DNA of 63,343 bases, filler included, from Kipferlia bialata (Eukaryota), in the NCBI GenBank assembly GCA_003568945.1. It is 4 parts of 4 records of this genome, joined end to end, with 100 filler letters (N's around TTAATTAATTAA, not from the genome) between each part and the next. Parts side by side here need not be neighbours in the genome. Positions count along the whole stretch, not along the records: positions 1 to 23,964 come from BDIP01000243.1; positions 24,065 to 47,959 come from BDIP01000244.1; 2 more parts are not named here. One strand, given 5' to 3'. The notes beneath the pieces are model-generated. The model was not told where the DNA came from. It was given only the letters and a program-made list of their open reading frames with translations, and searched no databases. Position numbers and translations under genes: made by a program. Below are positions 12,801-32,224 of the stretch, one piece after another; position 1 is the first letter of the stretch; every line of letters starts with the position of its first letter.

Positions 12801-15800
12801 TGGCGGAGAAGCCTCTCTCTCTGCCAATGGAACTGGTGGGAGAGAGAGAGCCTGGGGTCAGGGGGGATACGACACACACACCACATGCAACCTATGCTAT
12901 ATATGAGTTTACAACACCCCTGTATGGACACACATATACATATATATATATGTATCAACCCCAGCACCGACCTGTCTGACCGGAGGCCATGGCCTGGGGG
13001 TGGTACTTCTCGGTGTCAGGGGTCACGAAGAATGTAAGGAACCACCTGCCAGTCAGATGTAACAGTAGGGAGTGGGGTAGGCGCATATATGTGTATGATT
13101 ATGTATATACGTGTCTAGATACTCTCTATATGCATGAATCCACCAGTCCACATGGGATGCTGATACATGTATGATGTCCATATTTACACTCTCCCACCTC
13201 AGGAGAGTGGCCGTGTGCGGAAGCGTGTCCTTGTACCCTGTGCCGGATGCATTGCAGGGGCAGGACGCCAGCTCGGCAAAGTACCTACGGGTAAGGCGGG
13301 TACAAGGGGGTGAGGGATAGACACAGCAGTCAGATGCCCATACCTAGCGTACTGCTGGAAGAACCCGTTTCCAGGTAGCATGGTCAACTCCTTGGACGTC
13401 TCAACCGTACGCTGACGGGCTGTACCCCTAGATGGTGAGGGGATGTGACACAATATGAGACGACCATACGGAGTATATCTGGAATGTATGGGTATTTTCC
13501 GCAGCCCGAACCTGACGGCCAGAGCAATGCTCCTGCCTGGGCTGAGGCACCCACTGAGGGCCAGGACCATTGGGGAGTTACGGCCTGGGAGTGAGGGGGT
13601 CTATATACATAGTGTGTGCGGGGAGGGGGGGGGGGTGAGAGATGCCAGCCTCAGTCTCATGAAACCAGTCTATCAATGGAGTACAATACAATGGAATACA
13701 ACTGGTGGCCCCTACCTAGGGTCTCCCGCTCGGCTGTCTCCACACCCCCTGTGACCAGAACAGTGGCACCCCGCCTAGGGTGGGAAGGGAGGGATAGGAG
13801 TGGAGAACACATGGTAAGTGACCAATCATATACTGGCACCAGACACTGAAGACATAGGTCACACGCAGTACATATACCACCCCATATCCATGTGTATATA
13901 CCTGGCCGCCAGCAGTGAGGACACCAGGAGAGAGGGGAACAGCACGACGGCAATATCCGTGGAGACAGGGCCATCTGGGGGTGGGGGTGGGGTATACACA
14001 CACATACAGAATATATGCCACAACTACACGTACATCCGCCCTTGGCTCTCCCACCCTCTCTCTCCTGGTGCGTACTAGGGGTATGGGGCCGGTAGTCGTT
14101 CCTGTCCTGGTCCTGACACAGTGAGGAGGGGGGGGGGGGGCAACATATGTATATCGATGCTGACTACATATGTATATGCATGCACCCGCCGTACCTTGGC
14201 CGGACTGAGGCCCCTGGGGGGGTGGGTGGCAGAGATAGGTCGGGTACCGGCACTCCTGGGCCTGGGCATCAGGTTAGTCATATGCAATAGGATACGCATA
14301 TACTCATATGAGGTGTCTAACAATAGATGCTAAACAGTTACCCACACTATGTGAAGAGATACACGAAGATAGATGAACTGAGGGTGTGTAGTCCCATGTC
14401 CGACGCCAGTGTGTCACCTGCTCTTCACGGCTGTCTGCCTCCCCAACTGGGCATGCCTCTGGGCCTAAGGGGTCAGGGTTGGATGGGGGCATACACACAC
14501 AGTATATACACGGGTACACGGGGGAGGTCACACAATCAATATCCAGATGACCACTTGGGTATGCTGGGGATATACCAAGAGTATATATGCACGTATATAT
14601 GCACGTATACCCATCTGGGTGCGCACCTTGCCGAGGACGTCTCTGAATGGGACTGAGCGACATGTGCAGTGCAGAGACCCGTAGACCAGCGCAGACACCT
14701 TCATCACAGGCATCCAGTTGTAGAGCGAGGTCAGCTCACATCGGGAGGGCAGAACCTGGGGTCAGGGGGAGACTGCAAAGGGAAAGAATGCATTGAGACA
14801 CACATCCCAACCAAACCACAGATGAGAGGTATCCAATAGCACATCCATACCTCCAGCCTGAGGCTATTGTCGAGGTGGGTCATCCAGTGGGTGAGCAGAG
14901 GGTCCACATGCTTGGAGGTCCTGGGGTCAGTGCGTCATAAGTATCATACGTGTGGGTACAAGGCAATGGGTAGTGGATATGGAACCAAGAGTATATGGTG
15001 GTACCAGAGATCCATATGCTAATACCAATAGTGTCCTGATGCATATGTAATACTGAATCACTCCCACTCACCGGGTAGACAGGTAGACCTGGGGACCAGA
15101 CACTTGGGCCGCAGATGCCTCTCTCTTCTCTCTCTCTCTCTCTCTCTCCTTAGCCTTAGCCTGCTAGTGAGTCAGAGATGGGATCACAGAGAACAAAAAT
15201 TACTAGTTGGCAGGACCTCCACACATACACTGCCACTGCCCCTGCCCCACCTTGTCCGACACGGGTGCCAGGGGTAGTCCCGAGGTGGACAGAGCAGTGT
15301 GCCTGGGGTCAGCCAAAGGTGCGGTACATAGGTGAAAGGAATTACGTATTAAAAGAAAACATATGTATTTGAAATGTGATATGGTAATTCAGTATGGGCA
15401 ATTCAGTAACACGCAACCCACTCTGCACTCTTGATACAAGCATTCCACATCATAGGATGGCCCAAGACATCGCTACCCATGCACACTCACCTAGAGGTCG
15501 ATGGTCCCCTCTCTCTCTTCCTGGGAGACAGGAACGACGAGAGGTTGCCCCTGGACCCCGAGGTGGAAAGACGGCCAAGGCGTCTGGGGGTCAGTGAGAG
15601 GACAGACAAGGCTGTTATTCATACGGGTATACCATTGGAATGTATACAATCATTTCCCCCCAATACAATGCTGTACCACTACCATCCACGCACCTTGGTG
15701 ACGCACTCTCTCTCCCCTTCTCTCTCTCCCTCCCTGCCAGTGACCCTACTGACGAGGCATTGGAGTGTGTGGAGTGTGTGGAGGCAGCGCTGCCAGACCG

Positions 15801-18800
15801 CTTCCCCTTGTCATCCCCTTCCTTCTCCCTCTCTCTCTCGCGCTTGCGAGGTACCAGCAGGCTCTTCGGATATAGTGGTAGAGACCCGAAGCCCCAGGCC
15901 ACACCAAAGACGACTAGCCATCTGGAGGGTGAGACAGATAGTAGACTGGTATTGTACTGTGATTAGCCACGCCAGCTGTCCCCACCTTGGGTTGTGGACC
16001 CTGACGACCATGCCCCGGGACACGGCCTGTTGCACACTGGCACTGCCTGAGTCGAGGTTGGTGGGGGCACCCTTGCCCGTGGAGAAGAGAGACCCAGCTG
16101 CGGTGAGGGGGAAGACGAGAGAGAGAGAGAGAGAGAGGCCAATATGACGACAGTATACATATACACACCCACCTGAGACTATGATCTCGAGTAGACTGCA
16201 CAGGATAGTTACTGCAGCACGGACACCTCTAGGGTCAGAGGGGAGAGAGACAGAGAGTGATGGCGAGAGAGACAGACATGACAGACAGGGGTATATCGCA
16301 CCTTTCCGCAGCCCATGCCAGATAGGCACACCGAACACTTCGCATGATAGCGGAGTCGGCCTGGGGTGAGTAGAATCGGTTGTATAGTTGGGACCAGTTA
16401 TGTATCAGTGGATATGAACATCAACACAGCATCGTGCCGTACCGTCTTGGTCCCCGGGGTCCCAGAGAGGGAGAGGGCGGGTACCACCCCAGCCCCCTGG
16501 GGCCCACTCAGACCAGCCGTGGCAAGGCGCACAAGACCCTTCAGCCTATCCTGGGGTGGGGATAATGGGTGTCTGACATACGACGAAATACAAGTCAAAT
16601 GCTCAAATCCCCGTTCGGTCCATAGATAGAATCACTATACCATATGCCCAGCCCCTACCTTGGGTGCCCCTGGGGTTGTGGGTACGGTGTCCATCTTGGC
16701 CTGGGGTCAGGAGAGGGAAGAGAGAAGAGAGAAGGGGAAGGGTGGGGGTGTATTCAGATGGGGACTGCATATCTCTGTGTACATATGACATACACTCAAT
16801 GCCCACCTGCTTATGGACAGGCTCGGCGTCTGTGAACACCATCCGCACAGCGTGTGTCAGTACCTCCCTCAGGACGGGGGAGACAGAGGACACAAGGAGG
16901 TTCCTAGCGTCAGGGGGAGGCGAAGGGAGTGGCTACATGGCAGAGGGTGGTGTACATGCATCAAGAATCAGCATAGAACACACACGTATGCACCTGACCC
17001 CCAGCATATCCAGGCCAGACAGGGAGGGGGGGACGGCGGCGTCAGCAGGGGTGGACGCCCAGAGAGAGAGGTCTCTCAGTCCGCCTAGGACGACAGACTC
17101 AACACTAGGGTGAGGCTACACAGACTCTTACCACCTGAACAGGAGGCACAATAGAAACACATGCGAGAGAGTCCATGCTTGACCCACCTAGCCCCCAGGG
17201 ACACACTGGGAACAGGCATCCTTGCCGGAGGGGGCAGCGGGGGCAGAGGGGGAGGGGCAACACCTGGCATGAGACGAGGGGTCAGGGTGTACGATACACT
17301 ACACGATATCACAGACACATGCATACACATGTATATGTACACAAATACACCCTCACCCTCTCCCAGTGTTGCCATGGCGACGGCCAGTGTAGTGGGGTTG
17401 GTGGAGTTAACGGGCTTTCTGGCACGAGAATTGTTGCGCCTGGGCTGTTAGAGACTGTGATATGTTGGTGATATATTGGTGATATATTGGTGATATATTG
17501 GTGATATATTGGTGATATANNNNNNNNNNNNNNNNNNNNNNNNNNNNNNNNNNNNNNNNNNNNNNNNNNNNNNNNNNNNNNNNNNNNNNNNNNATATTGG
17601 TGATATATTGGTGATATATTGGTGATATATTGGTGATATATTGGTGATGTCTGACCATGAGGGATATGGAGCATCAGAATCCATGTGTCTGGGTGAAAAC
17701 TCATCATTATTATACATCACTTAGGTACCGACCAATTAGTGTCCATGTACAGATTCGTAACTTATGTTACAGGAGAGAGTGTTATAGATACACCAGAGGT
17801 CCAGACAATACACCACAATACAAGAGTGTCTCACCTGTTTCTGGCCTTGGGCAGTGTCTCCTCGGGGTCGGACTGGTGTTAGGTACAGGGTCAGGTATGC
17901 CATGGGAGGTAGGGATATATAAACATATACATACATATATCATGGGAGACAGAGGCACCATGAGACGCATCTGTATGGAGTGGTTATCACTGGGGCGATA
18001 CACTAACACACACCTGCTGGGTCACGATGTACAGAGTCCTGAGGGGACTGACAGGGATGGCCCCTCTTCTCTGTACCTCTCCACTCTCATACTCCCCGAG
18101 GGGGTATGCGTTGCCTGTGTAGCTGGGGCTGCCTATCCACTCCGCCAGGGTGGAGGACAGGGACACATTGAACCGGTCGAGGCTGGGTGCCAGGGAGTCC
18201 AGCCTGTACACCACGTACTTCTGGGCGGCACTGCCATGCCTGGGGTGTCTGTCCACCCCATGCCTCTCTCTCTTGGCGTTGAGGACGGCAGGCAGCCTAG
18301 ACCGCTTGACACCTCCTGTCGTGACCCCAGACACACACCTAGGAGTAAGAGAGGGGAGGGGGGGTGTTGGTAGAAGACAATGACAATATTAGTAGAAGTA
18401 GTAACAGTACCAATTATAATATATACTAAAATGGTAGTACACATGCCCCGACCTCACGTCTGCCCCGAGGCCTCGGTAGGATGCCAGGAGAAGGTCTGCC
18501 GCAACGCCTATGCCACTGCCAGGCTCGGCGGACAGGGTGACCACAGAGCTGGGGGTCAGGAAAGGTGGGACAGGGACCATCAAGCCATGAGCATATTCAT
18601 TCCATGCTCCCTTCATCGACCATGTCCATATATATCCTACCTGTTCTGAAGGAGGGTGTGCAGGGTGAGGGCCAACGCGGCATGTCTACACGTCATGTCC
18701 CGGGTGTCTGGGCTGGGGTAAGGGAGAGAGAGACCCAAGACCGGAGGCAGACAGATGCAGAAGTAGAGCTTGATAACAGTGGCACACATATGGTCAACAT

Positions 18801-21800
18801 GGAACGGACACGGCACAGCCCATCATAACACGCTATAAATGTATACACATGTATATAATGCCAGTATTGGCACCTGCTCCCAGGAGCCCCGGCGAGAGGT
18901 GTAGCGGGAGAGGGAGATGGCTGGACGGGGCGGTGTAGGTTGTGGCTGGGGTGGGGACACAGGGGGGGACACAGTGACCAGGAATATATGTATAGATATG
19001 TATCGATATGTATAGATACGTATAGAGCTGTAGAGATCTGTATAGATATGCATATATATGTACATATATGTATAGACATGTATAGATATGTATAGATACA
19101 GTGCTCATACCTATGGTCTGCGGACTGGTGTATGAGGTGGTCCGACGCAGACAGAACAGCATGTAGTACACTGCTCCCTGAGGTGGGTGGGGAGAGGTGG
19201 TACAGAGAGAGATCACGGGAAGGGGAACCATGTCCAACCCCATACACTGCCCACCTGCCCCGTAGGTGGGTTCCGACCATGCGAGTGCCTCTCTGGAGTG
19301 CACACAGGCATGGGCCTCCCCGGCCTCTGCCTCTGCCTCCCCAGTACTGTCTGCCTCTGCCTCTGCCACGTGTGTAGGGCACTGACACACGTGCAAGGCA
19401 CTGGATGCCTCCTCTGTACCTAGGGAGGGCTGGTACAGGCCGTTGGGCAACTTGCACAGCATACGGGACTCAAACAATGACACGAGCTTCTGAATGGAAG
19501 CCGCAGAGACCCCTATCAATAAGAGGGTGTGGATAGAGAGGGGACATGGAGTATGGTTTCTATCTAACACACTACACAAGTATACCCCCACCTGAGTCCT
19601 CCTCTACACCTGCAGGGGCCCCTCTAGCCCACTCTCTCTCGGTCAGGGCTGGGGTCACGGGGGCAGAGATGGATGGATGGCAGGGGTGTACACTGTGAAG
19701 AAGAACGAAATATAGCACATAACCTGAATTAATTTTTACATACTTCTGGCGAGGCACTTAACACAACCCAGCTCCCCTCATATAGTTCCATATATACTTA
19801 TATATATACACACATATATATGCTCCACCATCTTAGGTACCTGCACTAGCGTTGAGTTGGCTGAGCACCGTGAGCCTGAGCCGTGTGAACTCAGGGGACA
19901 TGACTCGGATGTTGGAGCAGGAGCGGTAGAAGAGTATGGGGTGAGACAGGCAAGGTACATGTACATGGAACCAGTGCCTGGATAGGCGTTCTACACTGCT
20001 TCACAATATACCTCAATACACACAAACACATACCTAGTGCACACTGCGAAGACTGCCGCTCTCTCTATGATGTCTGGCCCCAACTTGACCAGCCACATGA
20101 AGAGGTCCCTCACCCTGGCCAGGGTCGCAGGGTCATGCTGCAGGTCAGACAGCGAGGCGGGGGGTAGAGTCGTGTGCAGAAAACAGAAAACCAATACACA
20201 GAGTGAGCGTTGACTGTGAAATACATGTACACTCATGTGAAAGTAGAGAAACGAATCCATGTACATATACCATACTCTGGATACATATAGCAGCTCTATA
20301 ATATTACAAGCCGAACAGTACCTGCAGACACATTGCCCTCACCAGGCGCCATCCCCTCTCTCGGTCTACGATGCTGAAGGAAGGGTCGCCCTCCCTCTCA
20401 ACCTCAGTCTGTGAATGGGCATCCCCTGTGTCTAGTGTGTCTCCCCCGCCTTCTGTGTCTCCCCCGCCTTCTGTCTCTAAGTGTCCGTCTCCCCTAAGAG
20501 TGAAGCTCTGATGCTCCAGCCCCAGCCTGTTGAGGCAGGCCAGATCAGGCACAGTCAGGCATGGGGTGAGGGGGGGTGATATCATATATAGAGACTATCC
20601 CTCAAACAGCTCCCTCCCAACAGACATGCCCGTACCCTTTGTGACTGGTGCTGTGTGTGCAATGACCTCAGACTGGGCGTCCGGCACCCTCCCAGCCACC
20701 AGCCCCGAGGGGGGTAGGGCATGGGAGGGGATGGACGCGGAGAGAAGCTGGGGGTGAGGAGGGGTGGGGACATGTGGGGGTATATGATGAGTGCCAATAC
20801 ACAACCGCTTCCAGACTCAGACACCCATGCCCACCTGGGAGAACACCCTATCCCTCAGAGCTGCAGCCACCGCCAGTCCTGAGAACAAGGCATCTGAGTG
20901 GCAGGGCAGAGGGCCGTTAGACGCAAGGGCTGGGGCAGCGGCTGAGGGTCAGCAAGGCAAACAGTATTGTCAGATGGAAAGAATGTGGGAAGTATGGCTG
21001 GGACACTAACAATATCGACCCATCTTAGACACAGGAGTATACCTTGCAGCGCCTGTGTGAGCACCGGCCCTACCACCCCTGTGGCACTAGCTGTAGACAG
21101 CACGGCACACGTCTCAACGGCATCCCCAAAGCAGTGGCCAATGGCTGGGGTCAGCGGTGGCATGGAAACCAATATACATAGACACTGATAATGATACATA
21201 GAACACTGTTCATGGAACACCACACACTAAACATGGATCATAACACCATACAAGGAACAACGAGAGGAACACCCACCTTGAGTGTATGAGACATAGGCAG
21301 GACCAGTGATGCTGGCCCCTATGTCCAACAAGAGACAGCCTGGGAGGGGGTCTGAGGGTGAGAGGGGCAAGGATGATATTTGTATTACAATGGATAGGTG
21401 ATAGTCTCACTCACGGCATATCTAAATATCATTAACTCGAGTTCACCAAGGAGTATAGAGCACCCACACCGCGATACCTTCCACCGCCTCTCCCGGCCCT
21501 CTCAGAGACATGGCCGCAGAGGCTATGCCTGCCCCCCTGCCCTGCCCCGTGACGCCGGGACCAGGTGCATGGGCATTGGCAGGCAGGAGGGTGGGGGTGG
21601 AGGTGAGGTTGTAGTCGCTATCGGACTGGGAGGACTCGTCTCTCTCCCCCTCACTCTCCACTGCGCCTAGGGTACTCTCTAACGAGTAGGCATCCTGAGA
21701 AGCACCTGGGGTGAGGTTAGTATGGGGTGGACAGTCGACCCGACCCAGCCGACGGACTGAATGGTCTATGTTCAGGGTCTGTCTGAGTACTATAACGTAT

Positions 21801-23903
21801 GAGTGGGGTATGTGTACCTAGCAGGTGGTGGGCCACCACATACGAGGACGTGGCCTGAGAGACCAGGTCGAGTCGGGGCACGTACATGGAGGGGAGACTA
21901 CAGCCCTAGGGTAAGAGGAGAGAGAGAGAGAGAGAGAGAGACAGACCCCACACCTGACCGAGGTCGAAGAGGCCGTCTGCAGGGCCTATAAGTCTGGACA
22001 GAGACGTGCCTGTCTTGACAACTAGAGAGTGAGGAGAGAGAGAGAGAGAGTGAGAGTAAAGGGGAAGGAGAGAGAGAGAGATCGCGGGCATGGGGGGGCA
22101 TGGGTGCTACACATATACCCATGTGATCATATGGGTACCTTCCTCTATGCGTAGTCTGATGTTGTCAATGACAGTCAGCAGCACGCGGCATTTGAACTGT
22201 ACACAGGGCACATTGGCAGACATGCGGAACCTGGGGTGGGCAGAGAATGTACACATGCAACAGAAGGGGTAATCTGAACGACATATCCAATGCACTTCCA
22301 TATATACATATATATGTACATATACGTATACATGTATACACCCTGCCCCACCTGTCCCCCCTCACGACCAGGCCTAGCAGCGTGGCAGACACCCTGGACT
22401 GGATGGTGTCCAGAGCAGAGTGGACAGCCTCGCTCACACCCTTGGGGATGGACCCCTCCCTGCCCCTCAGGCCCTGGGGGTCAGTGCCAGAAGGATCACA
22501 TATGCCAGAGAGACAACCACATCAATTCAGGTATCTACCATCCGCCATCCACGCACACACCCATCCCCACCTGCACTATGTAGGAGTGGACAGCGATGCC
22601 CAGACAGAGGGCCAGGACGGGGGACGGGCACAGCGACACCAGCACCCCCCCACCCCCAGGGGAGGTGGCTACCGCTGACCCGACAGCCAGACCCGGGGGG
22701 ATGTCGACGGTGTGTAGGGCAAACCAACTGAAGGGCAGAGGCTCCACGGCATCTCCCTCTTCGGTCTCTGTCTCCCCTTGGGGGTGGGGGTTGATGAGTG
22801 AGGGCATGTCGTTGCACAGGCCCATCTGGGCACGCATGTCCCTGGGGTCAGTAGGGTGCACACGATGTGCACACACAGACATCAACATATACTAGACAAT
22901 GGGTTCCATACTTGAGGGTAGAGCACACTGCCGCTGCCAGCCCCTCCTCGTAACAGGCAGCCAGGGCGGAGAGGAGGAGGGGCAAGGGGTGGAGGGTGGG
23001 GAACACTTGGGCCTCCGTACTATCCCACGAGGGAATGTGCAGCCTGACAGATTAGATAGATAAGAAGAGAATGGTTGAATGCTGAGTGGGAAAAATCAAA
23101 AAAAAAACAATGCGGCGTCCCACCCGCCCCCCTCTGGCACTTGTAGTAATCATTACCTTGTACAGTATATAGTATCAGTATCCCATACATCCTGTATGAG
23201 AGGGAAATACCTTGTACAGTCGACAGGCCTAGGCAGCGCCAGACACTCTCCCGTCCTAAGTCTGACGGCCAGTATACTACCACCGAGGGGGGACACCACC
23301 AGACCTTGCACAGAAGGAATGACGGTGGACAGACACGACTGGGGGGGAGAGAGACAAGGAGAGAGAAGGACATAGGGACATCAGTTGTCCACAACTTGTA
23401 TTTCTAAAACTCAGAGTATCACACCCCCAGTACACTACACCCCTTACCTCAGCTGTCTGTGCCATCAGGATGTCCAGATAGAAGGACACATCGAGGAAGC
23501 CGTCGGTATCTGAGGCATTGGACACAGAAGACGCATCTCCCTCACCCTCTGAGCCCGTACCAGTACTGGCCTCCCCCTGCTTCGCTGTCCCCTCTGAGAC
23601 TGTCTCTCCCTTGCCCTCGTCCCCTTCCTCCCCGTAGACACAGGGGGTGTACGGGACAGATGCGTCGTACACAGAGTCCTTGTCCTTCTCTGTGTCACTC
23701 TCTGTCTCCCTCTCGCTGTTGGGGCCAGATGTGTTGTCACCTACACTCTGAGACGAGTCAGAGACACTATCCACAGAGGCTCCAGAGGTGGATACTTCTG
23801 GGGCTTCGCACTCTATCAGGGCGGCAAGGGGGTCTCCCTCCCTCAGCAACAGGGCGTCCGGTCTCATCCGGACCAGCTGCTGTATCTTGGCCAGAAGAAG
23901 GTC
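6738..23903 (-). CDS. Very large intron-rich hypothetical gene (one or more genes), 5'-truncated at contig end
   Basis: Dozens of minus-strand exons with canonical splice sites, e.g. FFELVEKSLPQLGRKHLADLL, TVARAIGRLVLLTIESIK, DGFLDVSFYLDILMAQTAE. No internal gene boundary found at the junctions I checked. No domain recognised. Confidence 0.45.
12397..12586. repeat. Intronic 9-bp minisatellite (TATCATACA/CATCATACA)n
   Basis: About 20 tandem units with two alternating variants, directly visible. Source of the spurious MYDMYD/ISYISY ORFs. Confidence 0.95.
17457..17648. repeat. Intronic 11-bp tandem repeat (GGTGATATATT)n spanning an assembly gap
   Basis: Identical units on both sides of the N run at 17520-17593. 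Confidence 0.95.
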
Positions 23904-23964
23904 TGGGGGTGAGGGGCAGGGGGGGGGGGGGGGGGGGGGACGAAACCTTTAGACCCCCCCGGGG

Positions 23965-24064
23965 NNNNNNNNNNNNNNNNNNNNNNNNNNNNNNNNNNNN
24001 NNNNNNNNTTAATTAATTAANNNNNNNNNNNNNNNNNNNNNNNNNNNNNNNNNNNNNNNNNNNN
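23965..24064. other. Artificial contig spacer N44-TTAATTAATTAA-N44
   Basis: 100-nt construct with stops in all six frames, repeated identically at 47960 and 59738. Confidence 0.97.
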
Positions 24065-24116
<52 letters not shown>

Positions 24117-24117
24117 T

Positions 24118-30127
<6,010 letters not shown>

Positions 30128-30307
30128 CTGGGGGTTAGAAGAGAGGGAGATAGAGTACATATACACACACTATACTGCTGTGATGATGAGTGTCTCTGCA
30201 TGCACTGGGGAGAGTGATTATCCTTCGGCAGATGAACACTTTACGTCTCTGTCTCACCCAATATATGCATGTAACTGCCCCTCATGTACCATCATGTCCA
30301 CGGATAC

Positions 30308-30340
<33 letters not shown>

Positions 30341-30436
30341 TTTTTTTTCTTTCCCCTCCCCTCCCCCCCCCCCCCCCCCCCCCTTTCTCTCTCTCCCTTG
30401 AGTTCGTGTCATACCTGCACATTCCTCTTACTCCAG

Positions 30437-32080
30437 ACCGAGTTCAGCAAGGCCAAGTGGCTTGCCCGTGCTGCCAGACGCCACATGCGGTATTTCCAGG
30501 CAGTGGAGGCCACACCTGAAGTTGCAGCCAGGTAGGAGTGTCTAAGCTTCTATATATTGTACCGTTCCCGTATGTATCTCTCTGTCTCTGAACGCAGGGC
30601 TGGGTTCCAGGGTGCAATGGACTCCAAGACCATGTCTCTCTCCCCCGCCCTACTCTCACACGCCCTGGGCTTCTGCGCACCGGGTGTGAGGGGCAACAGC
30701 AAGGTGCTGGTGTATGATGCCACTGCGGATGGTCTCCTGTGTGGCGACATCGCCAGGCGTATCAGTCTGCCGGTCACTGCAGCACCCCTCCCATACTCTG
30801 CTGTCCCCTCTATGGTTGTGACAGGACCCCTGATGCCCAAGGCAGTCAAGGTATGTATATGTATACATATATGTGCACTACATAGGCAAATGCATATGTG
30901 TGTGTGTATTTGTACTTCATACATGCAGCCATTGTCTCTTGTTTCAGTTCAACTACTCACCCCAGAACGCTCTGAGCGCTGTGGGAGTCATGAGGAGAGA
31001 GGACATAGATGAGGAGGGGAACGTAACAGGTGTTGGCGGGAGGCAGCTCCTGTGGAAGTCCTTCCCACTGTGGAGGTTTGTGAGTGCAGAGCACGTCCCT
31101 GAGTACACGAGCAAGGAGGTGCGTCTCCTGGGGGCCAAGGCAGAGAGAGAGAGGGCCAAGGACAAGGCGGACGCAGAGAAGAAGGAGCAGGAGGCTGCCA
31201 AGGAGGCTGCTAAGCCAGTCGATGCCCCAGAGGCCAAGAGGCCTGCTGAGGGTGAGGAGGCTGCCCCTGCTGAGACCAAGCCTGAGGCTAAGGTAGAGGC
31301 CGAGGCTGTTCCCACCCCTTCCATCCCCATGGCCACTGATGGCCGCCCCCAGGCCACCCCCACCAGACTGGGGTGCATGCTGCAGGAGAGACACGAGGAG
31401 CGCAGGATAGAGGACGGGGACTACACAGAGGCCCCGTGGGTCGCAGGTAGTGACACAGTGTGTGTTGGTTGAAGACAACTCGTTTCATGTTCTATGAGAA
31501 ATGTATCAGTAGTATGTTGTACCTACCCCCTGCTTACCTTCAGACTGTATGGTCATCGCCTGCATATGTGATCCCCTGCCCCTGGTGAGTGCTTGTCGGG
31601 GATAGCCTGTATTCTAGAATTGTTTCGTGTAGTATTTTACTTGTCTTCTTCCTCCCTGTTTGCGCTCTATAATACCTCTGATCCCCTCACCCCAGGTGCG
31701 TGCTCTGACTCCCCTTGTGCGGCCTGGTGCCCCAGTTGCCATCATGACCCCCACCCTGACCCCCCTGGCCTCCGTCATGCAGCACATCAAGATCAGCAGG
31801 GCAGGTGACACACACACACTATCACTGTCAACATGCATCACACTGTATCTGACCTCCAGGTGTCGAGCCCATGCTGTACGAGACCGCCCTCGAGAGAGAC
31901 ATGCAGGTGCTGCCCATGAGGACTAGGCCCGGTATGAGGAGCCCGGGTGGGGGGTGCTTCCTCCTGACATACACCGCACAGCCAGAGAACCTGGCCCCTC
32001 CTGAGGGGTTCCAGCAGGGCAGGGGCGGGAGAGGCAACAAGGGTGGCAGGAAGAACAGGCGCAAGGGCAGGCGTAGATAG
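30437..32080 (+). CDS. TRM6: tRNA m1A58 methyltransferase non-catalytic subunit (Trm6/Gcd10), 5'-truncated
   Basis: TEFSKAKWLAR matches the Trm6 KTEFSQEKY motif. VLVYDATADGLLCGDIARRI is present. C-terminal ERDMQVLPMRTRPGMRSPGGGCFLL matches the Trm6 R-x-YQVLP-x-RTHP-x-M...GGG motif. Confidence 0.8.
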
Positions 32081-32224
32081 ACCCAACCCAAGAGGACAGT
32101 TTCAGTGTTCAGTGTTCAGTGTCTTTGTATGTTACAATGCAGTTAAAGGAGTAAATCTCGTTAGCATCAATGATACACTGAAAACCCAGCATACTGTAAT
32201 AACAAGACAGTGATGATGATACAT

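Noticed and set aside
12198..12979. Repetitive ORFs (MYDMYD, ISYISY, HTYHTY)
   Set aside because: Translations of an intronic 9-bp minisatellite.
17309..17720. YITNISPIYHQ repeat ORFs and a CRISPR-like appearance
   Set aside because: 11-bp head-to-tail tandem repeat with no spacers, lying in an intron around a gap.
24009..24020. Palindromic TTAATTAATTAA inside N runs (also 48004-48015 and 59782-59793)
   Set aside because: Identical 100-nt construct each time. It is an artificial concatenation linker, so gene order across it means nothing.
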